DNA of 64,000 bases from a virus (Duplodnaviria > Caudoviricetes). The notes under the pieces are model-generated. The model was not told where the DNA came from, searched no databases, and was given only the letters and a program-made list of their open reading frames with translations. The DNA is taken from positions 26,654 to 90,653 of the IMG/VR virus record IMGVR_UViG_3300033166_000001. The stretch is one strand, 5' to 3'. The position numbers were made by a program, and so were the translations under genes. Shown piece after piece: positions 49,832 through 59,650 of the stretch. The first letter of the stretch is position 1. Each line of letters starts with the position of its first letter.

Positions 49832-50962
49832 TTATTTATGTATTATTATTCTTTTTTCTAAATTACTATATAATTCAGGAGTCATATGTTCTGCTCTGGG
49901 TAATTCTTTGAAAAAATTACAGGCCCCATCAAAATATAAATCTGTCATTACAGAACTGCCTCTCCTATTAAGTATTACTGATAATTCTCTGTAAGAGTCT
50001 TTTAATCTAGTAATATCATATCCCTCCCATTCAGCCCTTCTAAATCTAAAAGGAGAAAATAACCCCAACATCATATCTACATCTCTACCTGTAAGTTTAT
50101 TATCAGCAAGACCATTAGCACTAGGTCTTAACATATTGGCTTGGGCGTGCTCTACACTTTCTTGAGCCGCCATTTGCTGTTGAACGTTGACTACAATATA
50201 TTTCCATCTATCCCTCATGGCGAGAGAATAGTGTGATGAAAACTTACTCATAGCTTCATGTAGACTCTCTTCTTTTTCAGGAGTCAGGATTGATAGATGA
50301 TCAGTAATAATTACTACAAACTCATCAGGATCATCCGGAATATATCTTATAATTTTTTTGGCCTCTTCATGTAATCCTTTTTCTATCCATTCCGTATTAA
50401 GAATTTTACCATCTTTATCTATATAATGTCCAGAACTATGGGCATAATCTCTAACAGTTTTATAGATACCATAAGGATTTCTTACATTATCTATAAATTC
50501 TACTTTAGAAAGAAATTGGTGCATAGTAGGTTTTAATTCTTCAATAGCTTGCGCTATGGTATCTTCTAATACATAATGTTTAAAAATAGAGTCCATTTTG
50601 TCAGGACTAATTCTTATGTTCTTGTATATGTACAGAAAGTAGGATAAAGCCTCTTTTATCTTATCATCTTTAGACATTTCTAAACTAAAGTAAAATACTT
50701 TCACCTTAATATTAGTATCTGTTTCTGTTACAAACCTATAAGGCCCATAAAGAAACATAGAATCTGTAAATTTTGTCTTACCAATTTTTGTTCCAGCTGT
50801 TGTAATGATGAGCCTTCCTTTTTGAATTCCTGGTATTTCTTCACTGAATCTTGGAAAAGGGAAAGGTATTGATATATCTTTCCCCTGTTCTCTTAATCTT
50901 TTATTCTCTAAAATCTGCCTATAAACATTATCAAATAATGCTACACTCTTTGAGCTGTCCAA
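49832..50962 (-). CDS. DnaB-like (SF4) replicative helicase
   Basis: AGTKIGKTKF Walker A variant, FSLEMS, IITDHLS, VQQQ motifs. Confidence 0.85.
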   Translation of the reverse strand: MDSSKSVALFDNVYRQILENKRLREQGKDISIPFPFPRFSEEIPGIQKGRLIITTAGTKIGKTKFTDSMFLYGPYRFVTETDTNIKVKVFYFSLEMSKDDKIKEALSYFLYIYKNIRISPDKMDSIFKHYVLEDTIAQAIEELKPTMHQFLSKVEFIDNVRNPYGIYKTVRDYAHSSGHYIDKDGKILNTEWIEKGLHEEAKKIIRYIPDDPDEFVVIITDHLSILTPEKEESLHEAMSKFSSHYSLAMRDRWKYIVVNVQQQMAAQESVEHAQANMLRPSANGLADNKLTGRDVDMMLGLFSPFRFRRAEWEGYDITRLKDSYRELSVILNRRGSSVMTDLYFDGACNFFKELPRAEHMTPELYSNLEKRIIIHK

Positions 50963-51420
50963 TCTTTAACCTCCTTTACCTTAAATTCATCGTTAAAGTT
51001 TTTATTCTCTAAATATGTTCTAGCTTTTCTACAGAATTTCTTATCATTTAAACTACTATAATAAGCTTGTACCTTTTCTACAGCTAATTCTTTTTCTTTA
51101 GGTTTTAACCTTTTCCAGTATTTTTCAGCAGCTGCCCTATCTGTCTTTGCTAAGTGAGTTACAGTGTGGTAATGGTTCCAGAACTCCTCGAATGTAACAC
51201 TTGCTTTAGACTCAAATAACTCTCTACCTTTACCTCTTAATTCATATCCTTCTTCTGTAGATTTAATCCACATTTCTAATTCTAAATTACGTGGAATGTT
51301 TTTATCAGATATTAAATATTCTTCTGGATTTTTTCCAGAATTTATTAAAGCAAGTACAAAGTAATCTTCTACAAATAATCCAGACTCTTTAAGTTTTTTT
51401 AAATCAATTGTTAGTTCCAT
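50941..51420 (-). CDS. Replication initiator / helicase-loader-like protein
   Basis: FEEFWNHY..A.K.W..L and RTYLENKNFNDE C-terminal module; adjacent to the helicase. Confidence 0.6.
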   Translation of the reverse strand: MELTIDLKKLKESGLFVEDYFVLALINSGKNPEEYLISDKNIPRNLELEMWIKSTEEGYELRGKGRELFESKASVTFEEFWNHYHTVTHLAKTDRAAAEKYWKRLKPKEKELAVEKVQAYYSSLNDKKFCRKARTYLENKNFNDEFKVKEVKDWTAQRV

Positions 51421-51479
51421 ATTAAATTTTACTTACTAAATTTATAAAATCTTTTTTACTATAGTGCAGATTAGACTGC

Positions 51480-51620
51480 GTGAACTACCCACACACTAAA
51501 AAGATGTGTGGGCTTCCTGCACAACGCATAGCCTAATGGCTTACGTTAGCGTACAAAGGGTTGTCCCTAACCCCAAAATTCTTTATATTCAAAGAAGCAT
51601 TTAAATCTCTATCCATTGAA
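51480..51620 (-). ncRNA. Predicted TnpB omegaRNA (reRNA) scaffold overlapping the tnpB 3' end; 5' limit approximate
   Basis: Established TnpB architecture plus the visible right-end hairpin. Confidence 0.5.
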
Positions 51621-52651
51621 TTACCACACTTATCACAATTGTAAGTTCTATCTGAAAGTTTTAAATCTTTCTTATGGTTTCCACAATTAGAACATACTTT
51701 ACTACTTGGTTCAAATCTTCCAATTACAACAAGGTTTTTACCTTGCCATTCGGTTTTGTATTCAAGCATTGTTCTTAATTGTCGCCAACCCATATCAGAT
51801 ATTGCTTTAGCTAAATTATGGTTTTTTACCATATTACTAACAGCTAAATCTTCCAAAACGATTGTATCATACGTGTTTACTAATTCAGTAGATATTTTAT
51901 GCAAGTAATCAGTCCTTTGATTACGGATTTTCTCTTGCAATAATGCTACTTTTAATTTTTGTTTCTCTCTATTTATTGAGCCTTTCCGTTTTCTTGCAAG
52001 GCTTCTTTGTTCAATTCTTAATCTTCTCTGTTGGGATTTAAAAAAGTTTTTATTTTCATACACCACACCATCAGAAGTAATTGCCAAATTTTTAATACCA
52101 AAATCAATTCCAACAGATGATTCAGTTTTAATTGACTTTTGTTTTGGTTTTTCTGTTTGAGTGTCAACCAATATAGATACAAAGTATTTTCCAGTTACAG
52201 TTTTGGTCAAAGTAACTCTCTTAGGTAATCCTTTAAATTCTCTATGATAGTCAATAGCAACTTCTTTTAGTTTAGGCAATTTCAATGTACCATCTTTAAA
52301 AGATACTTCAAATCCTTGTGGAAATGTAATTGATTGCTTAGAATACTTGTTTTTAAATTTCGGAAATTGACCTTTACCTTTAAAAAAGTTTTGGTATGCA
52401 GTATCTAAATTAATAATACTATGTTGTAATACTTGACTTGGGCATTCTTTAATGTAATCAAACTCATTTCTCAACTCTGGAAGTTGATTGATTAAGTCAT
52501 ATTTAGATATTGATTTTTTATTTGAAGCATACGCAACAGTCTTGGTTTCAAGACCCAAATTATAGACAAGTCTATTTACACCAAAATACCTTTGTAATTG
52601 GTCTTTTTGGTCTTCAGTTGGAAATATTCTGTATTTGTATCCTTTAAGCAT
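51533..52651 (-). CDS. tnpB: RNA-guided endonuclease TnpB
   Basis: HTH YKYRIFPT..Q, RuvC GIDFG / VLEDL / DRDLNAS, Zn finger CSNC..CDKC. Confidence 0.93.
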   Translation of the reverse strand: MLKGYKYRIFPTEDQKDQLQRYFGVNRLVYNLGLETKTVAYASNKKSISKYDLINQLPELRNEFDYIKECPSQVLQHSIINLDTAYQNFFKGKGQFPKFKNKYSKQSITFPQGFEVSFKDGTLKLPKLKEVAIDYHREFKGLPKRVTLTKTVTGKYFVSILVDTQTEKPKQKSIKTESSVGIDFGIKNLAITSDGVVYENKNFFKSQQRRLRIEQRSLARKRKGSINREKQKLKVALLQEKIRNQRTDYLHKISTELVNTYDTIVLEDLAVSNMVKNHNLAKAISDMGWRQLRTMLEYKTEWQGKNLVVIGRFEPSSKVCSNCGNHKKDLKLSDRTYNCDKCGNSMDRDLNASLNIKNFGVRDNPLYANVSH

Positions 52652-52775
52652 ATATTATTAAATAATCTAAACCTTTGTAAAGGTACGATATTTTTATCTA
52701 AATGCAAAGTTTTGGTTAAATTTATTTATTTGATACCGTATTTTACATAAATAATCAAAAAGTATTATGTCTTCA

Positions 52776-53084
52776 TTACTTATTTTCATAATTCAAAGGT
52801 TTATTTGTTTTAAAATTAATCTGGATTCCTATATTAAGACCTAGCCACCTAAAGGCTAATCCTACACCTATAGTAGAAGGAATAAGATCTCCATTATTAT
52901 CTACCCAAGTTTCATTCATTTGCATATCTATAAAGAAAGATAATGCGGGTAATAACTCTATATTAAAAAATTTAGAGCACATTAGATGAAATTCTAACCA
53001 ACCTTCAAATCTTTCAAATTTATACTTGTAATTATCCATTAATTCTTTAAAGTTTTGTACTTTATCTTCAGTTTCCTTTTTCAT
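52776..53084 (-). CDS. Hypothetical protein
   Basis: 102 aa. Confidence 0.55.
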   Translation of the reverse strand: MKKETEDKVQNFKELMDNYKYKFERFEGWLEFHLMCSKFFNIELLPALSFFIDMQMNETWVDNNGDLIPSTIGVGLAFRWLGLNIGIQINFKTNKPLNYENK

Positions 53085-53421
53085 TTTTTTCTTGTATTAA
53101 AAGTAAAGTTTGATATAATCCTTCTTCTAAAGCCTGTTCGTAAGTAGTGAATAAGTAAGTTTGTGGATCTGATAAATAAGAACTCAATCTAATTTCTTGC
53201 AGAGCATATTTACCATAAATACTTACATCATATGTCAACATATCAGATTCTATTAATACTAACATATCATATTCTTCTCTACACCATTTCTGCAGTTCAC
53301 ACATCCATAAATAGTATCTTAAATCTTCTTTAAGGCTGTGTTTCCAATTAGTATCTGTAAACATTTGAGAGGTAAATCCTATTTGTTTACTAGTTGCTAA
53401 TTCTATTAGTTTAGTTTTCAT
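53068..53421 (-). CDS. Hypothetical protein
   Basis: 117 aa; LQKWCREE and TYEQALEEGL motifs. Confidence 0.6.
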   Translation of the reverse strand: MKTKLIELATSKQIGFTSQMFTDTNWKHSLKEDLRYYLWMCELQKWCREEYDMLVLIESDMLTYDVSIYGKYALQEIRLSSYLSDPQTYLFTTYEQALEEGLYQTLLLIQEKNEKGN

Positions 53422-53567
53422 AATACAATTTTTATTGCAATTCCTACTCCTACTCCCATTAAATAAATAAAAGTAAGAATAGCAAAAATTTCAAAATTAG
53501 ACCATTCACTTTCTTTGTGGGCATAATTATCCTTAAGAGTGTACCTTTTTGGGCTCTTCCATTCCAT
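53418..53567 (-). CDS. Small membrane protein (49 aa, not in ORF track)
   Basis: MEWKSPKRY...FAILTFIYLMGVGVGIAIKIVL; TGA overlaps the next ATG. Confidence 0.4.
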   Translation of the reverse strand: MEWKSPKRYTLKDNYAHKESEWSNFEIFAILTFIYLMGVGVGIAIKIVL

Positions 53568-53790
53568 ATAATTCATGTATTAATTTTCTTTCTTCACTAT
53601 AAATAATAGGTTCTAAATATTTCATCACATCATCTTGTGAAATATCAACCTTAAATTCAGTTCTTAAAAAGTTAGTTAGTTCAACATAATCATTAGAATT
53701 AAGTTTAGATTGTGCTACTTTAATTAACTCTACCTTAGTATCCCAATTAACTTGTACTAATTCTACTTTTTGCTCTACTTTAGTTTCCAT
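53533..53790 (-). CDS. Hypothetical protein
   Basis: 85 aa. Confidence 0.55.
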   Translation of the reverse strand: METKVEQKVELVQVNWDTKVELIKVAQSKLNSNDYVELTNFLRTEFKVDISQDDVMKYLEPIIYSEERKLIHELYGMEEPKKVHS

Positions 53791-53819
53791 TGCTTTAGTA
53801 TTGTTAATACATCTGCCTC

Positions 53820-54047
53820 TTACATATCACAAGCGCAACTTGGGCACATATGCCCTAATGGTATCGGTGCTACTTCTGCATTACAATTCTTACAAACCCA
53901 TTTTACAACAGCGGGTGCAGCTAATAATTTAACTATATCCTCCGCTAATTCATTGTAATTATCTTCACAAATTGCCATTTCAGGGTAGTTACTTCTATCA
54001 ACTGCCCCTTCGTATTTCTTGAATAGTTCTATAATTTTCTCTTTCAT
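53820..54047 (-). CDS. Small zinc-ribbon protein
   Basis: CKNC...CPSC; base composition differs from neighbours. Confidence 0.6.
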   Translation of the reverse strand: MKEKIIELFKKYEGAVDRSNYPEMAICEDNYNELAEDIVKLLAAPAVVKWVCKNCNAEVAPIPLGHMCPSCACDM

Positions 54048-54121
54048 TTCCGTATATTTTTAGTTTCAATTCCGTAAAAAACCGACAACACACCCGCATC
54101 CGTTAAGGCTCATTTTTGCTT

Positions 54122-55411
54122 CTATACTACAATTTCATCAATACTATTAATATAAGTAACCTCAATATCTCCCTCTCTCTCTTTTATAGCAGAGAAAAAT
54201 TTATTAAACCATTGTTCTGCTTGAGTATGTAAAGGTACTATAATAACTATATTAGCAGTTTCTTCTGCCTTTAGCCTATGGGTTCTACCTATCTTTTGTA
54301 GAGTATCTATACTACTACTATTAAAACTTTCTACAATAGCCCAGTTAACATTAACTAGATTAAGACCTAGTGATAAAGTTCTTACGGCACTTAACTCTCT
54401 AATAATTCCTTTATCAAATTGTTCCATAAGAGATTTATTCTCATCTTCAGGTTTATTACTATGTACAGAGTAATTTGATATTTTATCTGTCTGAGCTGTT
54501 AACTCTGAGAATAGTAATACTTTATTATCAGGATTAATAAGTATTTCATCTTTTATCTTGTTAGCTATATCTGCACTACTGGTTAGGTTCCATAAGAAGG
54601 ATTTCCTATACTTAATAGCATTTAGATACTGTATAGCTGCTCTTTTCTGTTCTGGAGTACCTTCACCTTTCCAAGCCCATAGTCCTGCATCTGTAAACCA
54701 ATCATCACTACCTGTATACGCCATAGCTCTTTGGCCCTTTTTTAACTGCTGAGAGAGATAATCATACTGAGTTTTTTCTCCTACTTTAAAAGGTTTTTTC
54801 TTGGTACCAGCTAATATCTGATATTCATCTGTAAGTTCATACTGATAAATAAAATATCTTTTCTTATTAATTAATCCATCCTTAGCACTATCATAGTATT
54901 CATATACTATAGGTAGATAGGTTTGATAGAATAAAGCTTTATCTGGATTATCCAGGTTTGGTGTACCTGTTAGACCTAATACAGGTATATTAAGTTCTCT
55001 AGCATTAATTATTAATTGTCCGTAAGCTTCAGTTATACAGAGATGGGCTTCATCCACAATAATGAAATCAAACTGTTGTATTTGCTCTTTAGTCCATCGG
55101 TAGGTAGTTTGTATATTCTCTATTACTATATTATTATCTAAAGTAACAGTACTGTTTACAGGAACAGACCAATGATTAGAATCAATTTGAAATACCCCCC
55201 ATTTTTCTAACTCTTTTCTCCAGCTATCCTTAAGATTAGTTCTAGGGCTAGTTATAAGTATACTTTTAAAGTTTCCTTTTTTAATACAATCTATACCCAC
55301 CTTGCTTTTTCCACTCCCCATATCTAAACAAACAGTTGCATTATAATTATTATTAATTATCTTTTCTAAAGCTTCTGATTGTATTTTATTTTTTAGTTCA
55401 TTTGTTATCAT
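54122..55411 (-). CDS. Superfamily 2 helicase
   Basis: DMGSGKS, IVDEAH, GLTGTP, QKIGRTHR motifs. Confidence 0.85.
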   Translation of the reverse strand: MITNELKNKIQSEALEKIINNNYNATVCLDMGSGKSKVGIDCIKKGNFKSILITSPRTNLKDSWRKELEKWGVFQIDSNHWSVPVNSTVTLDNNIVIENIQTTYRWTKEQIQQFDFIIVDEAHLCITEAYGQLIINARELNIPVLGLTGTPNLDNPDKALFYQTYLPIVYEYYDSAKDGLINKKRYFIYQYELTDEYQILAGTKKKPFKVGEKTQYDYLSQQLKKGQRAMAYTGSDDWFTDAGLWAWKGEGTPEQKRAAIQYLNAIKYRKSFLWNLTSSADIANKIKDEILINPDNKVLLFSELTAQTDKISNYSVHSNKPEDENKSLMEQFDKGIIRELSAVRTLSLGLNLVNVNWAIVESFNSSSIDTLQKIGRTHRLKAEETANIVIIVPLHTQAEQWFNKFFSAIKEREGDIEVTYINSIDEIVV

Positions 55412-55435
55412 ATAATATTATTAGATTTAGATTGA

Positions 55436-55460
55436 AAAGGGTAGTTAGACTACCCTTTTA
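55436..55460 (-). terminator. Intrinsic terminator
   Basis: AAAAGGGTAG-TTAGA-CTACCCTTTT. Confidence 0.7.
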
Positions 55461-55461
55461 T

Positions 55462-56268
55462 TTAACTTCTTAAAAAATCTGCTATTGCTTCTAATTCTGC
55501 TAATTTTCCTACTTTACACCCAAACTTTATAGTATAAGTTGCATCATCAGTTATATTCATTTCTAGAGGATACCCCGCTAATTTAGGCGGATTGTGTATG
55601 TAATCAATAACTTCCTCAATATCTTCTAAAGTAACTTTACCATAAGATGTAGCAGCTGCTTTAGCTTCTTTATCACAAATGAACTCTACATCTCCAAAGT
55701 ATAGAGATTTTTTAGTTTCTTCTTCAACATAGAATTCTTTAGCGTACTTTATAGCTTTATCCCAATCTTGAGGGAGTATAAAATGTACTGCTTCCTTGCT
55801 CAAAGTACCACAAATATTCTTATGGAATTTAGGAGAACCACTAGTCATATATTCCCAACTGTATGAACTTGTTGGCACTAATCCTAATTCTTCTCCAAAA
55901 GCTTTTTTCAAAGATTCTGGGCCTTCAAATGAGAAATCTTCTTTTTTCATAATTTTAGTTTGTTTTAAAAATTCTTCTTTAGTAACATATTTATCAATTT
56001 TATTACAATACTCCAACCAGTCAATTTCTTCCTGAGTAGCTAATCTAAAGGTTCTATTATAATCTTTATAGCACCAACTTTCTCCTCTATATAAAGATTG
56101 ATAACCTCTAGCTATAAAATAATGACAACTCCCTTTAAAAATATCTTTGCTAGAATCTTCTTCGTTTAAAGGAACATCTACTTTACCAATCATAAAGAAA
56201 TTACCTTCCTCTACATAGTAATACTTATTTTTTTCAGGTAATTTATATTGTCCTTTCTTATATTCCAT
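55462..56268 (-). CDS. Modular hypothetical protein
   Basis: 268 aa; FRLATQEEI and ILPQDWD modules. Confidence 0.65.
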   Translation of the reverse strand: MEYKKGQYKLPEKNKYYYVEEGNFFMIGKVDVPLNEEDSSKDIFKGSCHYFIARGYQSLYRGESWCYKDYNRTFRLATQEEIDWLEYCNKIDKYVTKEEFLKQTKIMKKEDFSFEGPESLKKAFGEELGLVPTSSYSWEYMTSGSPKFHKNICGTLSKEAVHFILPQDWDKAIKYAKEFYVEEETKKSLYFGDVEFICDKEAKAAATSYGKVTLEDIEEVIDYIHNPPKLAGYPLEMNITDDATYTIKFGCKVGKLAELEAIADFLRS

Positions 56269-56270
56269 AA

Positions 56271-56480
56271 TTATAAGTTTTTTCTAATTGTTTTCATAAA
56301 TAAATAACTGTATTGCATATGTAATCCAAAATTATATATTCCATCTAAAGTACCTTTATCTATAACATTCCATACTTCATCAAATATATCTTTAGGAACT
56401 TCATTAAGATTGTACCATTTAAAGGGGCTTATGGTACGTAAGTAATCATAAGCCCTTTCTTGTAATTTATCTTTATCCAT
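56271..56480 (-). CDS. Hypothetical protein
   Basis: 69 aa. Confidence 0.55.
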   Translation of the reverse strand: MDKDKLQERAYDYLRTISPFKWYNLNEVPKDIFDEVWNVIDKGTLDGIYNFGLHMQYSYLFMKTIRKNL

Positions 56481-57609
56481 CTAATCTTTCAATTAACTGT
56501 TCTATTTCATCTAGAAATATTGCAGCATCTTCAGTACTATCAATAATACTATCTTCTGTAACAGTTAGATCTTTACCAAATTTAGATACTATTTTAATAG
56601 CTTTTTTCATAGTTTTAAGGTCTTTTAAAGTAATATCTTCGTAACAACCAATAGATACCTTATCTTCTTTAAACTTAACATTGTAACCAGCTATTTCCAT
56701 AGGTTCTACTTCTTTTAATAATTCTCTACTAAAAGCTTCAGCTTCTTGTAATGTTGGAAACCATTTAACCCACGTACTTATATCTGGTTTAGATGGAGTT
56801 GGTCCAATACCTTCTTTTACTAAAAAACAACGAATACCTTCAAACCTTCTTATTATATCAATATCCCCTTTTTTAGAACCTCCGTATTTCTTTAAAAATA
56901 CAACATAAGTACCTGTAGTCCAAGGTTCAACTACTTTAGGTTTAATTATTTCAGCCCATTTTCCATTATCATAAACAAGACAATCACCGTGATTTTGAAT
57001 TAATTTAGGATTATTGCCACGTAAAGTAAAGGTAGGTTCTGTAATAGCCGCTTTAGAATTTCCTCCTAAAGAGTTAACAATAGTTCCTACAGGATATCTC
57101 CTTTCAGCTTCTTTTAATAATTCTTTTATTTTAAATTCTTTTTGTTGTTTTTCATATGCTTCTTTTGTTGAAGGTTCTGTACAACTTATATTATACCAAA
57201 CATTAGGATATTGTGTTGAGTAAGAGTGCCTCTTTGGAACAAAAACTATATATCCAGAAGCTTTTTTTCCTATAACTTTGGCTATATCATCTTTTTTGAA
57301 CCCATAGTCATCGTGTAAAAGCCTAACATACTCAGGAATCCTTTCTTCTAATTCAGATGCTGCTTTTAAACATTCATCCCATTGTTGAGGTAAGATATAG
57401 ATAGTACAAGTATACACAGAACTAGAACTAAAATGCTGTGTTTTCATACTTACTTCTTCATTATTAGCATTAAAATATAAATCTGGACGTTTACCCCAAG
57501 GAGCAAAATCATAGTCATATTTCCAACCTAGTTTTTCTACTTCTTCTTTTAAAGCCATTAGTAAAGGTAGAGAGCCTTTTACTCCAAAATTGTTCTTAAA
57601 TCTCTTCAT
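56473..57609 (-). CDS. Modular hypothetical protein
   Basis: 378 aa; ILPQQWD, LLKEAERRYPVGT and VYDNGKWAEII modules. Confidence 0.65.
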   Translation of the reverse strand: MKRFKNNFGVKGSLPLLMALKEEVEKLGWKYDYDFAPWGKRPDLYFNANNEEVSMKTQHFSSSSVYTCTIYILPQQWDECLKAASELEERIPEYVRLLHDDYGFKKDDIAKVIGKKASGYIVFVPKRHSYSTQYPNVWYNISCTEPSTKEAYEKQQKEFKIKELLKEAERRYPVGTIVNSLGGNSKAAITEPTFTLRGNNPKLIQNHGDCLVYDNGKWAEIIKPKVVEPWTTGTYVVFLKKYGGSKKGDIDIIRRFEGIRCFLVKEGIGPTPSKPDISTWVKWFPTLQEAEAFSRELLKEVEPMEIAGYNVKFKEDKVSIGCYEDITLKDLKTMKKAIKIVSKFGKDLTVTEDSIIDSTEDAAIFLDEIEQLIERLDG

Positions 57610-57631
57610 TGTAATAAGATTTAATTATATA

Positions 57632-59521
57632 TTAGTTAAATAATTTTAATTGACTAGAATCTTCTAATTTAGCAACCCATTCTTTTGCTTTTATAATATA
57701 ATAAGTATAGTCTATATTATAATCTTCAAAATTAATAGGAAAAAATGCTTTATTAAAGTATGTTACTTTCCACTCTTTTTTAAATCTTTTATGTTTATAC
57801 GGAGCTTCTACATATTCGGTATATCCACTTTCTGACCTTTTAATAAGTTGTTTACCTTTAACTGATATAAAATATCTTACAGTTTTAGATAATTTTTGTA
57901 TATTTACTTTACCATCTTTTACAAAATGTAACTCATACCAAGATTTACCCCTTTCTGGAGATTTTCTAGCTTTTACTCCAGCACAAAAGTCAAATATATT
58001 TTTATGATTCTTAATAGTATCTTCTATAGATATATTATTAACAAAATAATTATGTATGGCGTATGGTATTATAGAATGAGATTTATTTTTATGTAAAGGA
58101 ATATCTTTAAATTCGTATTTACCTTTCCATTTAAACTTACCATTAGTATATACAGCTAAATAATTATTAACATCTGATATAATCATTTTAGAGTATTCTG
58201 CATATTCTAAAGTAAGTTTTGTTAAATTTTCCCAATATTTACATTTTTGATAAAATAATTCTTCATGTTGCTTATGAATTTTAACAGTTAATCCATCTGT
58301 ATTACATTGTATCATTGTGAGGTTAGGTATATCCATTAATTCTTCTGCAAGCATTGTAAGCATTAATTGTCCATTAAGAGTAGTAGTAACAGTATATTTA
58401 GGATCATATAACCAACTAAATTGACTATTACTATTTCCATAACTAGCATTTGCAGCTTCCTTAAATCCATCAACTATATGTTTATTACCCTTTTCTTTAA
58501 GAGCCTTTTCTTTTAATCTTACATCTACAATGTCATGTTTATATACCTCATAAAATGCAGGACCTAAATGTTGAGGATACATTTTATTTACAATAGCAAT
58601 ACTTGGATATAGTGATGATACATCTGCATCAATTATTACATGGTTATCATCAGAATTTATAATTTTGTTTGATATTGAAGCATGAATTCCTCCGGTACCA
58701 TAATAAAAGTCTAATCCTTTATAGTTAATGCAGAAATCTAAGTCTCCAGAAGTATTTTGAATAGTAGTTTTTTGAAGTTGTTTTAGAAATTCTTTAAATA
58801 TATCAGATTTAAAATTAATATAATCAAAGATACACTCTGATAATTTAATAGATTTTCTATAAGTTCTTAAACTCTTAATATCTTTAGGTAATTTGTTGGT
58901 TTTTTGACAATATAACTTTAGTAATAGTTCAGAACCTATTTTTGTATTAGACCAATTTAAACAAGGTATATTATACATTTTTTGTAAATTCTTTCTTAAT
59001 TCAATCATTGGTTTGGTCCTAATATATAACTGTTCTGTAGCAATTACATCATTAAGATTATAAGACAATACTTGTTCTTCCCAATTATCACCCTTTCCTT
59101 GACTAGGTAAATCTTCTATATCTTTTAAATCCATTGAAAATTCACACCATTTTAATCCTGTTCTTCTATTTTTATTGTCAAAATGATGAATTTTATATAA
59201 ATCCAAATGAGGAATTTTAAGTTTCCATTCAGGTACATCTGGAAATCTATTTTCATCTGAATTAGTTATAATTGCGGCATATCTTTGTATATCAGCTGCA
59301 CTTGCTTTAGGATTTCTGAATAAATATTCTAATATTTGAGCATCAAATGTTATACAGTTAAATCCTATTAATCCAGTAACTTCTTTTTTTAAAAATTCAA
59401 ATAATTGTTCTCTTTCATCTTTTTTTTCAGATATTACAAATGTTTTAATTTTTCTATTATCTCTATTTAGAAAAGTTCCTGTAAATATATTTAAGGTTTC
59501 TAAATCATATATCCATATCAT
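57632..59521 (-). CDS. Family B DNA polymerase with 3'-5' exonuclease (start likely 59521, MIWIYDLET)
   Basis: Exo YDLET / FNCITFD / YNLNDV; Pol DADVSSLYPS, KEAANASYG, QCNTDG. Confidence 0.92.
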   Translation of the reverse strand: MIWIYDLETLNIFTGTFLNRDNRKIKTFVISEKKDEREQLFEFLKKEVTGLIGFNCITFDAQILEYLFRNPKASAADIQRYAAIITNSDENRFPDVPEWKLKIPHLDLYKIHHFDNKNRRTGLKWCEFSMDLKDIEDLPSQGKGDNWEEQVLSYNLNDVIATEQLYIRTKPMIELRKNLQKMYNIPCLNWSNTKIGSELLLKLYCQKTNKLPKDIKSLRTYRKSIKLSECIFDYINFKSDIFKEFLKQLQKTTIQNTSGDLDFCINYKGLDFYYGTGGIHASISNKIINSDDNHVIIDADVSSLYPSIAIVNKMYPQHLGPAFYEVYKHDIVDVRLKEKALKEKGNKHIVDGFKEAANASYGNSNSQFSWLYDPKYTVTTTLNGQLMLTMLAEELMDIPNLTMIQCNTDGLTVKIHKQHEELFYQKCKYWENLTKLTLEYAEYSKMIISDVNNYLAVYTNGKFKWKGKYEFKDIPLHKNKSHSIIPYAIHNYFVNNISIEDTIKNHKNIFDFCAGVKARKSPERGKSWYELHFVKDGKVNIQKLSKTVRYFISVKGKQLIKRSESGYTEYVEAPYKHKRFKKEWKVTYFNKAFFPINFEDYNIDYTYYIIKAKEWVAKLEDSSQLKLFN

Positions 59522-59552
59522 TTTAAATTCTAATATTAAATGTAAAAAAAAA

Positions 59553-59600
59553 TAACCCGCATAACTATCCATATTTAGTATGTTTAGATTATGCGGGTTA
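59553..59600 (-). terminator. 12-bp stem, 24-nt loop, U-tract; upstream of the DNA polymerase gene
   Basis: TAACCCGCATAA / TTATGCGGGTTA, followed by a long T run on the minus strand. Confidence 0.6.
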
Positions 59601-59650
59601 AGTTAGATGTTAATTATATGTAAAGAACGTTTTATTTCTAAAGGCAAATA

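Larger units (their letters stand above)
51480..52753 (-). mobile_element. Non-autonomous IS200/IS605-family (tnpB-only) element; right end at 51480, left end tentative
   Basis: Minus-strand right end CCCACACA..GTGTGTGGG hairpin then GTAGTTCAC; no tnpA; TTGAT at 52754-52758 as a possible TAM. Confidence 0.65.

Noticed and set aside
51533-52651. Nuclease-dead TnpB-derived regulator (TldR-like)
   Set aside because: All three RuvC acidic residues appear intact
43231-59521. Inteins or introns in primase, helicases or DNA polymerase
   Set aside because: Lengths are compact, motifs are contiguous, and no splice-junction signatures were seen
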